Positions 1-13,484 of a stretch of 64,000 bases of DNA are shown here, piece after piece; within the stretch, counting starts at the first letter, position 1, and the number at the start of each line of letters is the position of its first letter. The notes under the pieces were generated by a model. The model was not told where the DNA came from. It made no database searches and saw only the letters and a program-made list of their open reading frames with translations. The stretch lies in the NCBI GenBank assembly GCA_024137785.1, contig JAHRHZ010000087.1, positions 5,751,818-5,815,817 on the forward strand, read 5' to 3'. Source of the DNA: Ginglymostoma cirratum (taxonomy: Eukaryota). Made by a program: the position numbers and the translations under genes.

Positions 1-834
1 CAGTACAGTATCTTGAATGCGGGTGGAGAAATTAGAGAAACAAAAATCAAAACTGTGGGGATAGTGTGAGAGCATCACACGGTAAGGAGGAATTGTTGAG
101 AGTTATATTTAATATATCGAAATGGCAAAAGATCCTTTGCAAAAGCATTGTAAGACAAAATGATGTTGAACCACATGGGACTATGGGAAAGACTAAAAGA
201 TTAAACAAATAAAACTGAAGCAGCCAGAATTTTGATATATATGGAAGAAAACCAAGCACCATTCATAAAATTTATGGAAAGCACGTGTTTCCGATATTTA
301 TGATGGCTTCTGCAGAAAGCTAGTTAGATAAGACAGTAATGCATGTGTATTTAACAAAATTCATTTTCTATTTATTCATGTCAGCCACATTCTGAAACAC
401 AATTTCTATGTTATTTTCTTGGATACAGGCCCTAGTTACCAATGCTTTATCCATTTACTAATGATTGAGATAAAAGCTGAAAAACCACGCCTGACTATTT
501 ATCTATAGCTTTTTACTGCAGTTAAGAGCAGCTGGAATGGTCTGGAGTACATATATAGCATTTTAATGCTTTGAAACTTCTACAATTCAAAGAGAATATC
601 TTGAGCGTTAGCTGCAAACTGTAATGAGGAATAAATTAGAAATTGTGCCAAAACAGAGTGCTGGAGAAACTCAGAGATAAAAGGTACTGCAGATGCTGGA
701 GAATCCGAGATAACAAGCATGGGGCTGGATGAACACAGCAGGTCAAGCAGCATCATAGGAGCAGGAAAACTTGACGTTTCGGGCCTAAACCCTTCATCAG
801 AAATGATGATCATTTCTGAAGAAGGGTTTAGGCC

Positions 835-1234
835 NNNNNNNNNNNNNNNNNNNNNNNNNNNNNNNNNNNNNNNNNNNNNNNNNNNNNNNNNNNNNNNNNN
901 NNNNNNNNNNNNNNNNNNNNNNNNNNNNNNNNNNNNNNNNNNNNNNNNNNNNNNNNNNNNNNNNNNNNNNNNNNNNNNNNNNNNNNNNNNNNNNNNNNNN
1001 NNNNNNNNNNNNNNNNNNNNNNNNNNNNNNNNNNNNNNNNNNNNNNNNNNNNNNNNNNNNNNNNNNNNNNNNNNNNNNNNNNNNNNNNNNNNNNNNNNNN
1101 NNNNNNNNNNNNNNNNNNNNNNNNNNNNNNNNNNNNNNNNNNNNNNNNNNNNNNNNNNNNNNNNNNNNNNNNNNNNNNNNNNNNNNNNNNNNNNNNNNNN
1201 NNNNNNNNNNNNNNNNNNNNNNNNNNNNNNNNNN
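835..1234. other. Assembly gap (400 N)
   Basis: Run of N. All three gaps have the same length, which suggests a placeholder size. Confidence 0.97.
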
Positions 1235-1237
1235 ATC

Positions 1238-1273
1238 ATTTCTGATGAAGGGTTTAGGCCCGAAACGTCAAGT
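1238..1273 (+). ncRNA. Minimal type I hammerhead ribozyme motif (PLE family A)
   Basis: ATTT-CTGATGA-A-GGG(TTTAGG)CCC-GAAACGTC-AAGT: core CUGAUGA/GAAA, stem II GGG/CCC, stem I ATTT/AAGT, and palindromic ACGT in place of stem III. Confidence 0.7.
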
Positions 1274-2682
1274 TTTCCTGCTCCTATGATGCTGCTTGAC
1301 CTGCTGTGTTCATCCAGCCCCATGCTTGTTATGCTGGAGAAACTCAGCAGATCTGGTAGCATCTGAGGAGAGAGAAATGTGTTTCAATCCAGTGTGACTC
1401 TTCTTTGAAACTGTTCTAAGTAGAAGTGCCTTTTGACATCAATAGGCCAAAGATGGAAAGATTTTTATTTGAAAAAAATGAACAAAAGTAGCACAGAAAA
1501 TAGTGGAAATCTGAAACAAAAATAAAAATGCTTAAAAACACTTCGTGGATTGGGTGGCATTCGCAATGAGGAAATCTGCGATGCTTCACACATAACCACT
1601 GCTTCATACTGGAAGATATGATAGAAAACAAACTTCTAAGAATGGGCAGAGTGAGGATTAGTGGATGAGGAGTGATTGAGGTCTGAAAATGATAAAATCA
1701 ATGTCAAGGCCAAATGGATGCGAAGTACCTCTTAGAAAGGTGGTACCATTCATCAAACTTGTACTGAGATTCGCTAGAGAATTGTAAAAGATCAAGGACA
1801 AACTGTTAAAATGGAAGCGTGTTGGAGAATTGAAATGACAAAAGACTGCAACCAGAGGGTCATGCACAGAGGCTGAACAAAGATGTGCACCAAAGTGATC
1901 ACTTACTCTCAACTTAGTTTCCTCTTCATTGGGAGACCACACTGTGAGTAACACATACAGTAAACTGGGTTGAAAGAAGTATTAATAAATTGCTGTTCAT
2001 ACGAGGGGGTAGCTTGGTAAGTTGTGGAAATTTATTGATTATGAGGAATAGCTGGAGATGGGCCAAGTAAATAGAAGGGTCGAATTCTTCAGCAAATTTA
2101 ATAAAATTCTTCAGAATTCAATCATTGAAAAATTGAAAAAGGTGTGATATGTGTTAGTATTTTACTTGAGTTACTGTTGTTTTGTTTTTAGTTATCATGA
2201 CCCTTAGTCCAAGCCATTTAGTGATTAATTTTGCAGGCCTTTTGATGTGTCTGAAAACTCTGGTCTGACTTCACCACGTGTAAAGGTACAGAATGAGTCT
2301 GAGGGTGAAACATTGGGGTATTTGTATAATTTCTCGAAAATCTAGACTGTTGTCAGATGAAGGATGTCTGAATACATCGACAGTGCAATCAAATTGGCCT
2401 GTGTTGTCCTTGCTCTTTTCAGCTGGCTGACATTGGGAAATTTGATAGGTTTATCTTCCAGGTACAGTTGTCCTATTTGAGATCTCTCCATCAGGAAATT
2501 GCAATACTAGTGTGGGTCTTACATGTTCTTGAAGTTGTTGAACTGTAAGGAAAACAGCCAATTTAGACATGTATTAGGCTTCATTGTTTAAATTGATGGA
2601 AGTCTCACTACCAGTTTGTGCATAATTTTTATTTTAATTCTTCAGCTAAAAAAATTCAGATAACTTGAAGTTTAATTTCCAG

Positions 2683-3230
2683 GGTGTCTGGAATACTGTG
2701 TCCAGTTCTGGTTGGCCAGTTAAAGGAATAGTATTATTAAGCTGGAGACGGTTCAGGAGAGCTTTACAAGGATGTTGCTGGGTCTGGAAGGTTTGAGTTA
2801 TAAAGAAAGGCTGGATTGGCTGGGAATTGTCACTGGAGCATTGGAGGTTGAGAGGCAACCTTATAGAAGTTTATAAAGTAATGAGAGATATTGATAAAGT
2901 TAATGGTAGTTGTCTTTTCCCTAGGATGGGGGACTTCAAGAGTAGAAGGCACATTTTTCAAGTGAGAGGAGAGATTTTAAAAAAGACATAAAGGACAAAT
3001 TTTTCACATAAACGGTGGTTCGCGTGTGGGATGAACTTCCTGAGGAAGTAGTGGATGTGGGTACAATTACAACGTTTAAAAGACATTTGAATATGTACAT
3101 GAATAGGAAAGGTTTGGAGTGATATGGGCCAGGAGCGGGCAGGCGGGACTAGTTTAGTTTGGGATTATGTTCAGCATGGACTGAGTGGACGGAAGGGTCT
3201 GTTTCTGTCCTGTATGACTCTATGACTATA
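2683..3230 (+). mobile_element. CR1 LINE 3' fragment
   Basis: Encodes a decayed LEYCVQFW...RLRGNLIEVYK. The 3' UTR ends in the short tandem tail tatgactctatgactata. Confidence 0.85.
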
Positions 3231-3489
3231 ACATGTGTAATCAGCAGAAATCCCACTTTCTAAAACAACCCTTCACTGTTACATTGCCTACATCCCCATG
3301 GAAGCTTTCAATCAGCAACGCAACAACTCAGCTTGCTTGCACCCCTTCTGAAAAATCACAATGAGCTTCTTTTCTTTGTATCTGCTGACAAAGTAGTTTG
3401 TGGATTAGGTAGGCTTCTGTCTAAATGTCATGAATTCTAGTTGTGTCTGGAAGTTTAATCTGACTCTGATCTGGCCTTTGAAAGTGGTC

Positions 3490-3935
3490 CATAACTTTTG
3501 GGGCTCTTTGGTTATAATGAGACCATGCAAGGCACATTTCGGCAGCAGGAAGATGCCATTTGCATTGGTGGTACCACTCCAGACATCATAGGCATTGCCA
3601 ATCCTGGTATTAAAGAATTCTGTTCCTGGCATGCAGTGCAGTCTTTAAGATCAGAAGTGATTTTTTTTTTGTATGTGTACCTTGCCTTTAAAAGAGTAGT
3701 TACCGCCCATGCAGATGGCATCCTCCTGTTGATAGTATGTTCAGCATGGTCTCATTATAACAATAACTGCCTTCCGCCAGAGTAAATACAAAACCACACG
3801 GAGACATCCTAAATCAAAACACTGGTACTTCCTGGATTCTGTGTAGGTCACATCACAGAACTGAGATGTCTGTTCACTCAGTGCATGCAGAGGACTGATG
3901 CCAGCTGGACAGATCATGGAATTGTTGGAATTGTT
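3490..3935. mobile_element. RTE-clade LINE endonuclease remnant, with an inverted duplicated segment
   Basis: The + strand at ~3707-3930 reads approximately ADGILLL..C..HGLIIT..FRQSKYKTTRRHPKSKHWYFLD...WTDH. The - strand at ~3500-3630 reads FNTRIG..VWSG..NANGIFLLPKCALHGLIIT. Both resemble the RTE/BovB-type APE domain. Confidence 0.7.
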
Positions 3936-4849
3936 CAATTGGTAATGAGCACCCACTAAGTACCAAGGAATTGCAAGGTCCAGAGTCTGAGAGGGAGAAG
4001 TCAATGTCTCAGCCTAGAGCAGCGGAATCAAGAGATGACCTCCAAGTGTAGCTCACGGCCAGTCAGGAAATATTGTCCATTTCAGTACAGTAGGGTCAAA
4101 TAAAGTCAATCATACTGGACACCTGGGTCCAAGTTTTGTCATCATCAGGGCTAGTTTGATGAAAAAAATGCTGAAATTGGTGATCTTGACCAAAATGAAC
4201 AGGCTTAATTGCCTGGTAAGATTGCAATTCAAGAAGGCAGCATCCAACAACTCAAGGCTGGTGCCCAAAGGCAAATCCAGCTGATAAAGAGCGTGTTGGG
4301 TAGAGAGAGAGATATTACTGTGCTGTCATGATTTGCAGTCACTGAAGCTGGAAGTGCTATTGACAGATGAATGTCAATTGGAGAACATCCGCTTTGCTCG
4401 CAAGCTGATGTTTTTCTTCAGCCTTGTTTCAGTGCCCAGCTAATTCAACTATCTGACCAGACCCTTCCATTCCTCCATGTCAGCTTTGAAAGCTGCTGCA
4501 TCATCTTGTGAGGCCTCACTTTGACTAATATAACGGAGCTAACATTTTCCAAATAAGATGACTATTGCACAGTAACAGTTGATCCATTCTGCTTGATTTC
4601 CAATCCAATGTACTTAAAAGACTCAGAAGCCTGACTTTCAATTTGAATTCAGCTTTAAACCAATTTATGACAACGTTTTCAAAATTATTGCTTCCAATCC
4701 ATGAGAAAACTCATCTGCATGCATTATAAAGATGCCTAAAAGCTGTCCGTCATGATGCCAGTAAAGTATAGCAATGTCTACTTTTAACTGAAGGCAGCTT
4801 AATTTTTATAAGACAGAGCTTATTGATAAGTATCAAATTCAAGACCCCT

Positions 4850-5800
4850 CATTTAGACCATATACCCACTTATTTAACTTCCTCTGTGTCCCTACTACTT
4901 GTGGTCTCTCTTCTGAAGGACAAAGAAATACCTCCCTGTTGATCTGATATCTTTATAGAAATGCAGTTTTAATATTGATTTAATTCTTAAGCATCTGTGT
5001 CGAACAAAACCAAAAAAAATCGAAATTGATTTTTTCTCTCTTGGTGGAACTTATTCTGATATCTTGGTTACCCAAGTTTTTTTCCTCAACTTTGTGCCAG
5101 TAGTCTTGCTTTGATCTTGTATGTTCCATGATGGGATACCTTTTTTTTCCATGCATGTCCATCTATGTGGTGGGACTGGTTATATCTGGCATCTCTGTGT
5201 ATACTTCCAATTCTCTCCAGCTTTGTTCATTTGTTTGTTTATCAAGAATATTTTACCTTTTCTTCAAGTTTGTTCATCACCACTAAGACGTCCAAATCAC
5301 ATGGTTTTCTGCTCAAGTTAGTATTCCTGATTTGTACTGTACTTCTTTTATCCTTGTTAAACTGTGCCCTGTCTCTCATTTTCTCACTGCTATTGTCTAA
5401 TCTTTCTCTTCTATTAATGGGATTTGTTTCAATAGTTTTTGGACTCTTTCTTAGCACATGCTCATTCCCAGAGCTTACATTGAAGTTTCCTGCATTCCAT
5501 CTTTGTACTTCATGTTCCCAATCCATGGACCTAGCCTCATCCTCTACATTCATCCATTTTATATTTTCCAGTGGCTTTCCCTACTTAAAATGATTGCTCT
5601 TCTCTGTTGACTAGCCCCATCCGATTTTTATTTGACTTCAGTGCCTGCTTCTGATAGTTGTCCTTACCAACTGAAATGTCAATCAATTTCAGCCCGAGCA
5701 TTTCTGGGATTCCCTCACTTGTTGTAAATCCCAAATTCTCTTCATTTTTCAATTTTCAATCGCGTTTCTGTCCTCATTTCTATCAGTTATAGTTCTCTTT
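4850..5800 (-). mobile_element. Highly decayed CR1-like LINE remnant
   Basis: The minus-strand peptide CDLDVLVVMNKL resembles the RDLGVxVDxKL motif, and the strand is purine-rich. Weak evidence. Confidence 0.4.
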
Positions 5801-6859
5801 TCATAGTGAACCAGCAACCTTTAACTAGATGGACTAGTCAATTGGTTAACATTGTGTCCTCCATTTTCTGTCATTTCGCCTATTGCTTGCTTTGTGCTAC
5901 GAATGCTGCTGGACAGGAATGCTTCCTTTGGAATTTTCTATCGGTGCTTCTGATATTTCTTCGACTTGTGTGTGCAGATAAACATATTTGACTCGTGTTA
6001 AAACGAGAAATCTGCACTTATCTGATATTTTGGCATGGTCCAAGAACTTAAGTGCCATCACAGGTTGGTGAATTTCCAAATGAAATTACTGCAGTCTTGC
6101 ATGCAATCTATTGAATTACATTATGTATTTTTCCATAGCAGTATCCTTCATTTTTCTAAATATGTCAAATTTTGACAGTTCCTCTTAAGCAGTCCATAAA
6201 TAACCTTTTTAATAAATTTTATCCACAAAAATTAAGAATCTGTCTAAACCTTAATCCCTGTTCAAAATCATCAGGCTCCTATTTGCTGTTTAACCTGCTG
6301 CTGTATGGTAACAAAAGTGCTAAGGTCATACTTGCTTCCTATCTGATAGACATTGTAACTTTATTATTCCACTGGTCATAAGGCTCATTTTCAAGGAATG
6401 GGGTGGGTAATCATATCCTGAAACTCTATATTTTGACTCAACAATACTCAGCTACCAATGTTATGCTCCAAAAGATGACCAAATTTGAATAGAATTTACG
6501 CCTATACTTCTGGTGAGAGCTTCATTTCAGTTAATTACAGTCCTTAAAGCCCTCACCCCACCAATTACTGGCCACCCGTATTTGTGCAACCAAGTCATAC
6601 TCTACTAATTCAATTAACTTACCATCACCTGTTCTGTCGTGCTATTTCCGTCATTCCTTCAGACCGTTTTTGATATTACTATTAGACTAACTTCAGAAGA
6701 GGTCACCTGATTCCCTCTATTTTTAAGCTAAGCCTTAGCTGTGTGTCTCTAATTATAACCTTCACATTGTAATAGATTGAACGCCAAGCCAATGCAGAGC
6801 AGCATTCAGCATGGTTGCATTAATGTTGAATGATACAGCTTAAAATATAGAATATGACA

Positions 6860-7315
6860 GTGAAGGTGATGATCAAACTGCATTGTGTTCTGACTAGACT
6901 GCATCTTGAACATTGTCCAGTTCTAGCCTCCAGGAAACATTGATATTTAAGTGCTGCAGACAGCATGTTAAGGGGTTTTGCTTCATTTGTGAGGAGATAT
7001 TGATTAGGTTGATGCTTTAGCTATGAAAACTTATCTGAGAAAGAATACATATAATGAGAAAAATCACTGGTAATGTTAAGCTACAGAGATAGAACTAGGG
7101 AGCTAAGGTTCAGGCATCTAATAGCTATTTTTAGAATGATATCAGGAAATTCTTTTTTATCCAAAATGAGAACAACATATGGAATAGATTTGCAACTGGC
7201 GTAGTGAAGGCAAAATGCCTGGAATATTTTAGCAAGTGATTGGATGTTGAATTTGGGCTGGGGTAGGTTCTAACTTGATGAATTAGGACGGGCTGAATAG
7301 CCTTCCTTGTATATA
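6860..7315 (+). mobile_element. Old CR1 LINE 3' fragment
   Basis: Contains gactagactgcatcttgaacattgtccagttct (RPHLEYCVQF-like) and the 3' UTR motif ggacgggctgaatagccttcct. Confidence 0.6.
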
Positions 7316-8558
7316 ATTACTGTATTCCACTGTTTTGGTAGCCCCTGTGGGAAAAATATTTCAACATATGAGGATTGTTTAGAGGCGAATTATTGTGGGG
7401 AATTTCTGCAGAATGACTTTGCTTGGAATTCTGCCCTGGGGAAGGGTCCATTTTTATATGTAAGTGAATACAGCATAAAACTGGTTTTGTTTAAGTAAAA
7501 AAAAAACTCTTATGATTTTGAATTCTATTAGATTTTTGCAGGTAAATAAATAAATAATGAAAGAAATATACTCTGTACAAATAATTTAGTTGCATGCTGT
7601 TCGTCAGTCTATGCAGTGTGAGTTCAAATTTAGCCTCTTTCTAGTCAATTGTAGCATTGATGGGTTACTTCTAGGTTTACACAGAACAACACCCATTAAT
7701 TTGCTGGGAATATTCAATTACCAACTGAAATCAATGACAGGTTTGGAGCTGCCATGTCATATATACAAGCAAAATCTGTTTCCGATGTCTGGAAACTGCG
7801 GACACAAAGGGTGGGAGTTTTAAATGGAAAATCCCATCCTTTTTTTGTTAAAACTTCTATATATTTTATTACCAAACAATTATTAGCCAGGAATGCATAT
7901 TTGCATTAAACCTATTAATTGCATCTTCCCCATTGGTATTGCTTACTGTGCTACTGAATTGTACAGGTCAGGAAGGTGACAGGTCTGATGGGCCACCAAT
8001 GTTGGGTTAATTGACCTCAGTTGGAGTGGTAATAACCTGTGAGAGTGCACCAGGAGCTGGAGGAACTGGAAGAAGTAAAATTAGATGAAGCTCATTTTAT
8101 GGACCAGATCAGACCCCCTCAAAATATTTTGGGAAGATAGCCTAGACTCTAACATCATCTTATTTCTAAAGGCAAATGTGAAATGCCTGTTCCAGATGCG
8201 ATGCAACTGGGCAAACTACTCAATGTTAAGCAATACACAATTGATTTAAACAGTGTAGTTAAAATACAATCAAAGAGGAATTCAGAATAACAACCATATT
8301 GGAAACTTAACAGAATAAGAGATACAGTAACATTACAAATTAACTGTTTCAATATAGTAATATCCCATAAACACACTCGTTGGCAAAAAAGGAAAATTCA
8401 GACACCGATTCTTACATGCAGTTCTCCAATCCAGGAGGGATAAAACATCAAGAGAAAGTTTGGAGACAGTAGCAGCCAGGCAACATTTATTTAATCTTCC
8501 AACTCTTTCGAGACTCCAAATAGCTTCTGATCCTACTGAAAAAACCAAAACACAGAAA

Positions 8559-8791
8559 ATAAAAACCGAACGAACGGTGGGTGCTGTAAATCAGGAACAA
8601 AAACAGAAGTTGCTGGAAAACACCAGCAGGTCTGGCAGCATCTGTGAAGAAAAAAAATCAGAGGTAACGTTTCGGGTCTGGTGACCCTTCCTCAGAACTG
8701 AAGGGTCACCAGACTCGAAACGTTAACTCTGATTTTTTCTTCACGGGCGCTGCCAGACTTGCTGAGCTTTTCCAGCAACTTTGTTTTTGCT
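8559..8791. mobile_element. PLE family B 3' fragment, inverted pair (hairpin)
   Basis: 8559-8700 and 8701-8791 are reverse complements over ~95 bp. An imperfect TSD, CCAAAAC(A/C)CAGAAA, lies at 8545-8558 and 8792-8805. The terminus is the same as that of the long PLE at 51085. Confidence 0.85.
8662..8699 (-). ncRNA. Minimal hammerhead motif (PLE family B)
   Basis: The minus strand reads AGTT-CTGAGGA-A-GGGTC(ACCA)GACCC-GAAACGTT-ACCT, with one stem I mismatch in this copy. Confidence 0.62.
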
Positions 8792-9054
8792 CCAAAACCC
8801 AGAAATGTGGATCTGTGAGCGCTGGCCACATCCATTCAGGATGCATATTAAAAACAAAGGCCTCCCTAGCTGTTCATGTTACCTCAAACTGCTCAGCACC
8901 TCTGCTTTATAACCTCTGTTCAACAAAAGACAGGACAAAATAACCTTTTTAAACTCACAGTATTGTCTCACTCCTATTCCTGGCTTTCAACCCCAGATGA
9001 CAGCCAGGTTTACGAAGTAAGCAACATTCATCCCCTTAGAAGGTCAAGGAATAA

Positions 9055-9230
9055 AGCTCCACTTTAGAACTTGAACATAATGTAGGCTGACATTTCAGTG
9101 TGGTGTTGAGAGATTGTGCTTTGTCAGAAGTGACACCCTTTGCGTGATTCAATAAATTGATGCATTGTGTATGGAGAAGTAGAAAGGTCCCATATGTTAT
9201 TTGAAGAATTACTTGAGATGTTCTAAGATA
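9055..9230 (+). mobile_element. Decayed Deu-domain SINE (SacSINE1/AmnSINE1-like) fragment
   Basis: gaacttgaacataatgtaggctgacatttcagtg resembles the copies at 16490-16560 and 61300-61370. Confidence 0.5.
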
Positions 9231-10539
9231 TAGGGAGCTATATATCTCTGTCTCCTTCTCTCATGTGTGAAATATTTTCAAAATTAGGTCTCTGAAAACT
9301 GTTGAATTCATATCACAGTATCATCTTTGAGGTGAGGTGAAAATTGGACTGTGAAGGAAGAAATGATTAATGTTTATGAATACTTCTGTACGTGGTAACT
9401 GCATAAAGTCCCTTCTATTATTACAAGATTTATATGTCCATTTATGACCTGTAACCAACTATAACACTTACCCCCTCTGCATTTTCTCTACCTATTCAGT
9501 GACTTTATTCGTTTTTCGCTTTATTCATTTCAATGGCCTTTCCTGCAAACCTCAATCTTCTCCTGTTTTGGCTTTACTCCATCATGAAATCGTAGCTTTT
9601 TGCAATCTTCTCAAATCTATTATGATTTTTCTTGTGTTACAACAGCTATTTTTTTGTAAATTTATGCTTATAACACCATTTCTACCAACTGGAAGTGTTA
9701 GGTCAAACTTTTGGGGATAATTTTAACCCCCAAGAAGAAGTGTTTTTGGGTTGGGTAGAATGTAATTTTTTTTAATATTTCAAACTCAAACTCAACTCTC
9801 CTGAGATCCTGCCCATTCACATTTCAATGAAGATTGAGGAGGAAAGAAGTAGCTGGATGACTAACTTTGCTCTCAGAAGATAGTTCACTCCTTTTAAATG
9901 TTTTAATGAGGTTGTATGCTTCAGTTTTGTTTCTAATCCAACTTTTTAATAATAGCCATTTGGATTTCCTATACTTTGGAAAATGTAGCAACTGACTCAA
10001 GGTGATGACATTTGCATTTGAAACTGGTGAGAGCTTTTCTAGCACTGCTTAAGGGCCAGGAAGAGCAAGAGTGTTGCTTGCACTATTCCCTCACCTTGGC
10101 CCACATCCCTTATGGAGTCACTCAATTCTCTTACCTCCCTGAATCTTTCCAGTCCCTCATCATCACTGGTTCTCGGAGTTCTGCAACAATCCCATCCCAC
10201 CAACACTGGCAAAATACCCCTTCCACAGCACCCCCAATCTTCTGTCCCTCCTCTCTGTGCTCCTGGTTATGGCCTGGTTCCAGAGGTCAACAGATCTGAA
10301 AGCCAGCTGACTATTAAAAATCGTAATCTGATTCCACCATTAAATTTGGCATGATCTGAGGAAAACCTGCTCTTCCTGATGCTAAAACTATTAACATCAG
10401 GGTCTCTATTTCTGCTTATTTGTACTCAACATACCTTTTCTTCTAAATAAAAGCTTGGACTCATACAATATTCCATTATTGCTTAGACAGTAAACATCTG
10501 AGCAGTGACATTCTTTCCTCCATTTTACCAATTTAACAT

Positions 10540-10727
10540 CAGAAGTCACATGATACCAGGCTATAGTCCAGCAGGTTTATTTGAAATCACAAGCTTTCAG
10601 AGTGCTGTTCCTTTGTCAGGTGAAGAGGAGGGGTGTTTCCCTCTGTTTCACCTGTTGGACTATAACCTGGTGTCACTGTGATTTCTAACTTTGTCCACCC
10701 CAGTCCAACACCAGCATCCCCACATCA
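10540..10727. mobile_element. PLE-type family E 3' fragment, inverted pair with a decayed hammerhead
   Basis: accaggctatagtccagcaggt (~10555-10576) is mirrored by acctgttggactataacctggt (~10650-10671). The minus strand at 10587-10623 reads TCAC-CTGACAA-AGGAACAGCACTCT-GAAAGCTT-GTGA. Confidence 0.7.
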
Positions 10728-13481
10728 TGGTTACCAATATAACAGCGAACAACCTCCTCTCAATAATTGTGCATGGAATCCAGTTTTCATTGGTCTGCTG
10801 CGCATGCCAAATCACTCCTACTGCTATTCCTCTGTAGACTCTGCAAAACAAAATTAAGGTTAGATGCAATATTAGACAGCAAGATTTATTTAAATATTAC
10901 TTTTAAAGTTTGTTTAAGCATTGTGATACCCAACTGACATTCAATTATCATGTACTATTTCTTGAACCAGACTTCCAATCCCACAGAAAAGGTCCACGTT
11001 GCTGATTCATTCAAGCAATATTTTGTTCTTATAATATTGATAAATTATGTTGAGGTAATCATTTCTGAAATGTAAATTAAATCATGCATTTCTGCTTTAG
11101 TGGACATGCTCTTGATGATTCTTACAAACATTATGCACAGAGTTTAATGACAATTTTGTGTTAGCTCTATTGGTACTGAAAAAAAATTTACCTCAGTGTA
11201 GAGCCAACTTCTCCCAGGAGAAAATAATAATCAATACCTCTCCTGAGGCTGTACCCTAAGCTGTAATTGTTTTAGACTGCAATTATACAGCCTGTGTTTA
11301 AGTTTGACAGTTACCTGTTGTCCAGATTTGAATGTTAACTGCGTATTGCAGTAACTTATTTGTACCAAGAACCTTAGATATTTATTAGTCTCTGACAATA
11401 TATGTTTTTCTCAATTTGGTATTTAGGTTACTAGTTTTGCATATTTAATTTGCAAAGTCGTCAATTGTACGTAGGGTTTATAAGCTGTTTATTTTTAACA
11501 AGTGCAAGAAGAGAAAGGTCATTCTGCTGGGAAAAATGAATTGAATTAAGTTCAGAATCTAACTCTTGGACTGCACCATTGGAATTGTAATACGTGTCTT
11601 GGCAGTACTCCATCAGCTTAGCTATAAGCTGTAGTGCTAGATTTTGGATTTGGCAGGGTATTCTAACAAAACCCGTAGTTAATCATTTGAGAATACATCC
11701 ACAAAATTGATACACACTGTTCTCTGTTGGAAGATTTTCTAGAGTCAGGTTTCAGTCTGGCAAATGTCTACCAAGAAAGCGGAAAAGTTGTTTGAGAGGT
11801 TTGATCTTATTCGAACAGTGTGAACAATTAAACAAAGCTTTGCACTAACCAAGACTGCAGAACTGACCAAGTGAAGATTTAGAACATGAATGGATTTTAA
11901 TAAAGCTATCAAGCAAGTGCTATATTATGTAACTATGAGAGCACAATTTTGTAAACGGTTACCACCTCTTGTGGAGATTGTTGGTTGGAAATGTTATGCT
12001 GGTTGAGGTGCATGTACTCCGTGACTGTCAGCAAGGATGATGGAAAAGATACTTCCCTTACAATGCTGCATTTAAATTGGTGACCATTGGGTGGCACAGT
12101 AAAATTGCACAACACTCAATGAACTGGGAGATCTGGTTTCAAACATTAACTATGGCTGATATTCGAATCCTGGCTTGGTCCCAAATGGTGAGTTGCTGAT
12201 CTTATTGAGCACAGACCTGAACAGGATCAAGGGTACGTATCCAATGGAAAGGAGGAGAACTTGATAGGGGTTTGGCTACCAGTCAGACCTCAGTCCCCAC
12301 TAGGTGGCCACACAGCAGCATTGGCAAAGACTGCGAAGAGCCCTTATGGTTAGAACTGCTTCTGGATGCAAGCTCCGAAGCAATGAAAGGGATAAAATGG
12401 AATAATCCATGAAAAATTGTTGAATTAGTGGAGGAGGTAGGGAAACGGAGGACTCTGATATTGGAGGTTTGAGTGCTTCATTATTTTAAGTGTAGCAGGT
12501 GTCACAGGGCAGTGATGCTCCAGTAAACTTTTTTTTAACAAATTGCTACAATTTATTTGTAAGTATATTCACCTTGCAGTTTCCGCAGATGTTAGATGCA
12601 GATTGGACAACTGACTTTATTTTAATGAATTTTGTAACTATTTCACACAACTGAAACAGATACTTGACTATGTTTGGAAAGAGTAACAAACCTCCAAATT
12701 TCAATTTTATTTGGACCTATTAAGAACTAACAAGACTAATTCCAAATCTCCCCAGTAGAAACAGTTGTTCCCAGTAAGCTATGCTATTCATTAATAGGCC
12801 TGGGCACTCTGCACCATGACCAGCTGAATGATGGTACTGATAGAGATCAGAGAGAAAGTCACCTCCCTGCCTTTCAAGATGATACAAGCTGATGAAAGAA
12901 AGCATTTTGTGTGGTTTTTTTGTACGAAACTGTGATATATATCTGAACTTCAAATTAATACCTCATCTAGCTAACTCCATTTAATTGTGATTAGGCAGTG
13001 AACAGTTGATTCATGGTGGCTGCAAATCATGAACCTAATTACCAGCCTCTGCTGAGTCGGCTAATCTTAGCCAGGGCGGTGGTGCAATTTGATACAATTT
13101 GCCTCAGTAGCTTGGACTAGAAAGAAATTTGCTTGAGTTCCTGATGCTTATTGTTACTCTGGCTCCTTCTGAGATTGAGTATTGGGTTAGCACAAGGTCA
13201 GGTTCGGCAGTGACTTTTGTCATAATCAAGTAGCCCGCTGACATTCATTTTAAGACTGTAAATAGTGAATGCCTTTTCTCGTCGCCAGAATCTGATCTGA
13301 TCCCAGTCATCCTTTGCAGGTTTTGGGGGTAGGGCATTGATAGTTGAGGAATGGAGAGGTAACTTGTGTACAAAACTGAGAGCAGTGTCAACAGTAGCTT
13401 AGTGAAAGCACTCTGATGACATAACCCATATTTGGGAATGATCGTGCTGTATGCATTTTAATGAGCAGCAGACATTTTCAT

Positions 13482-13484
<3 letters not shown>

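Larger units (their letters stand above)
674..1331. mobile_element. Young PLE family A 3' fragment, inverted pair spanning a gap
   Basis: Arm 674-805 is the reverse complement of arm 1237-1331. A 16-bp TSD, TGCTGGAGAAACTCAG, lies at 659-674 and 1332-1347. Confidence 0.85.
650..2060 (-). mobile_element. Old 5'-truncated Penelope-like retrotransposon (GIY-YIG remnant plus 3' end), interrupted by a young insertion at 675-1331
   Basis: Minus ORF 1658-1954 (ETKLRVSDHFGAHL...VFCHFNSP...GTSHPFGLDIDF) resembles the GIY-YIG C-terminus seen at 51421-51963. The terminal motif tgctggagaaactcagcagatctggtagcatctg is split between 650-674 and 1332-1415. Confidence 0.75.

Noticed and set aside
580-1366. Long ORFs spanning N runs (also 20844-21385 and 55417-56136)
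   Set aside because: Artefacts of translating gaps; the flanks are non-coding PLE UTR.
5165-5593. 142-aa hydrophobic ORF resembling a membrane protein
   Set aside because: It is the T-rich antisense strand of a decayed LINE-like region, with no splice or homology support.
12090-13330. Possible ancient SINE remnants (12090-12400, 13030-13330; also 7940-8100)
   Set aside because: Too decayed to assign a family or boundaries by eye.
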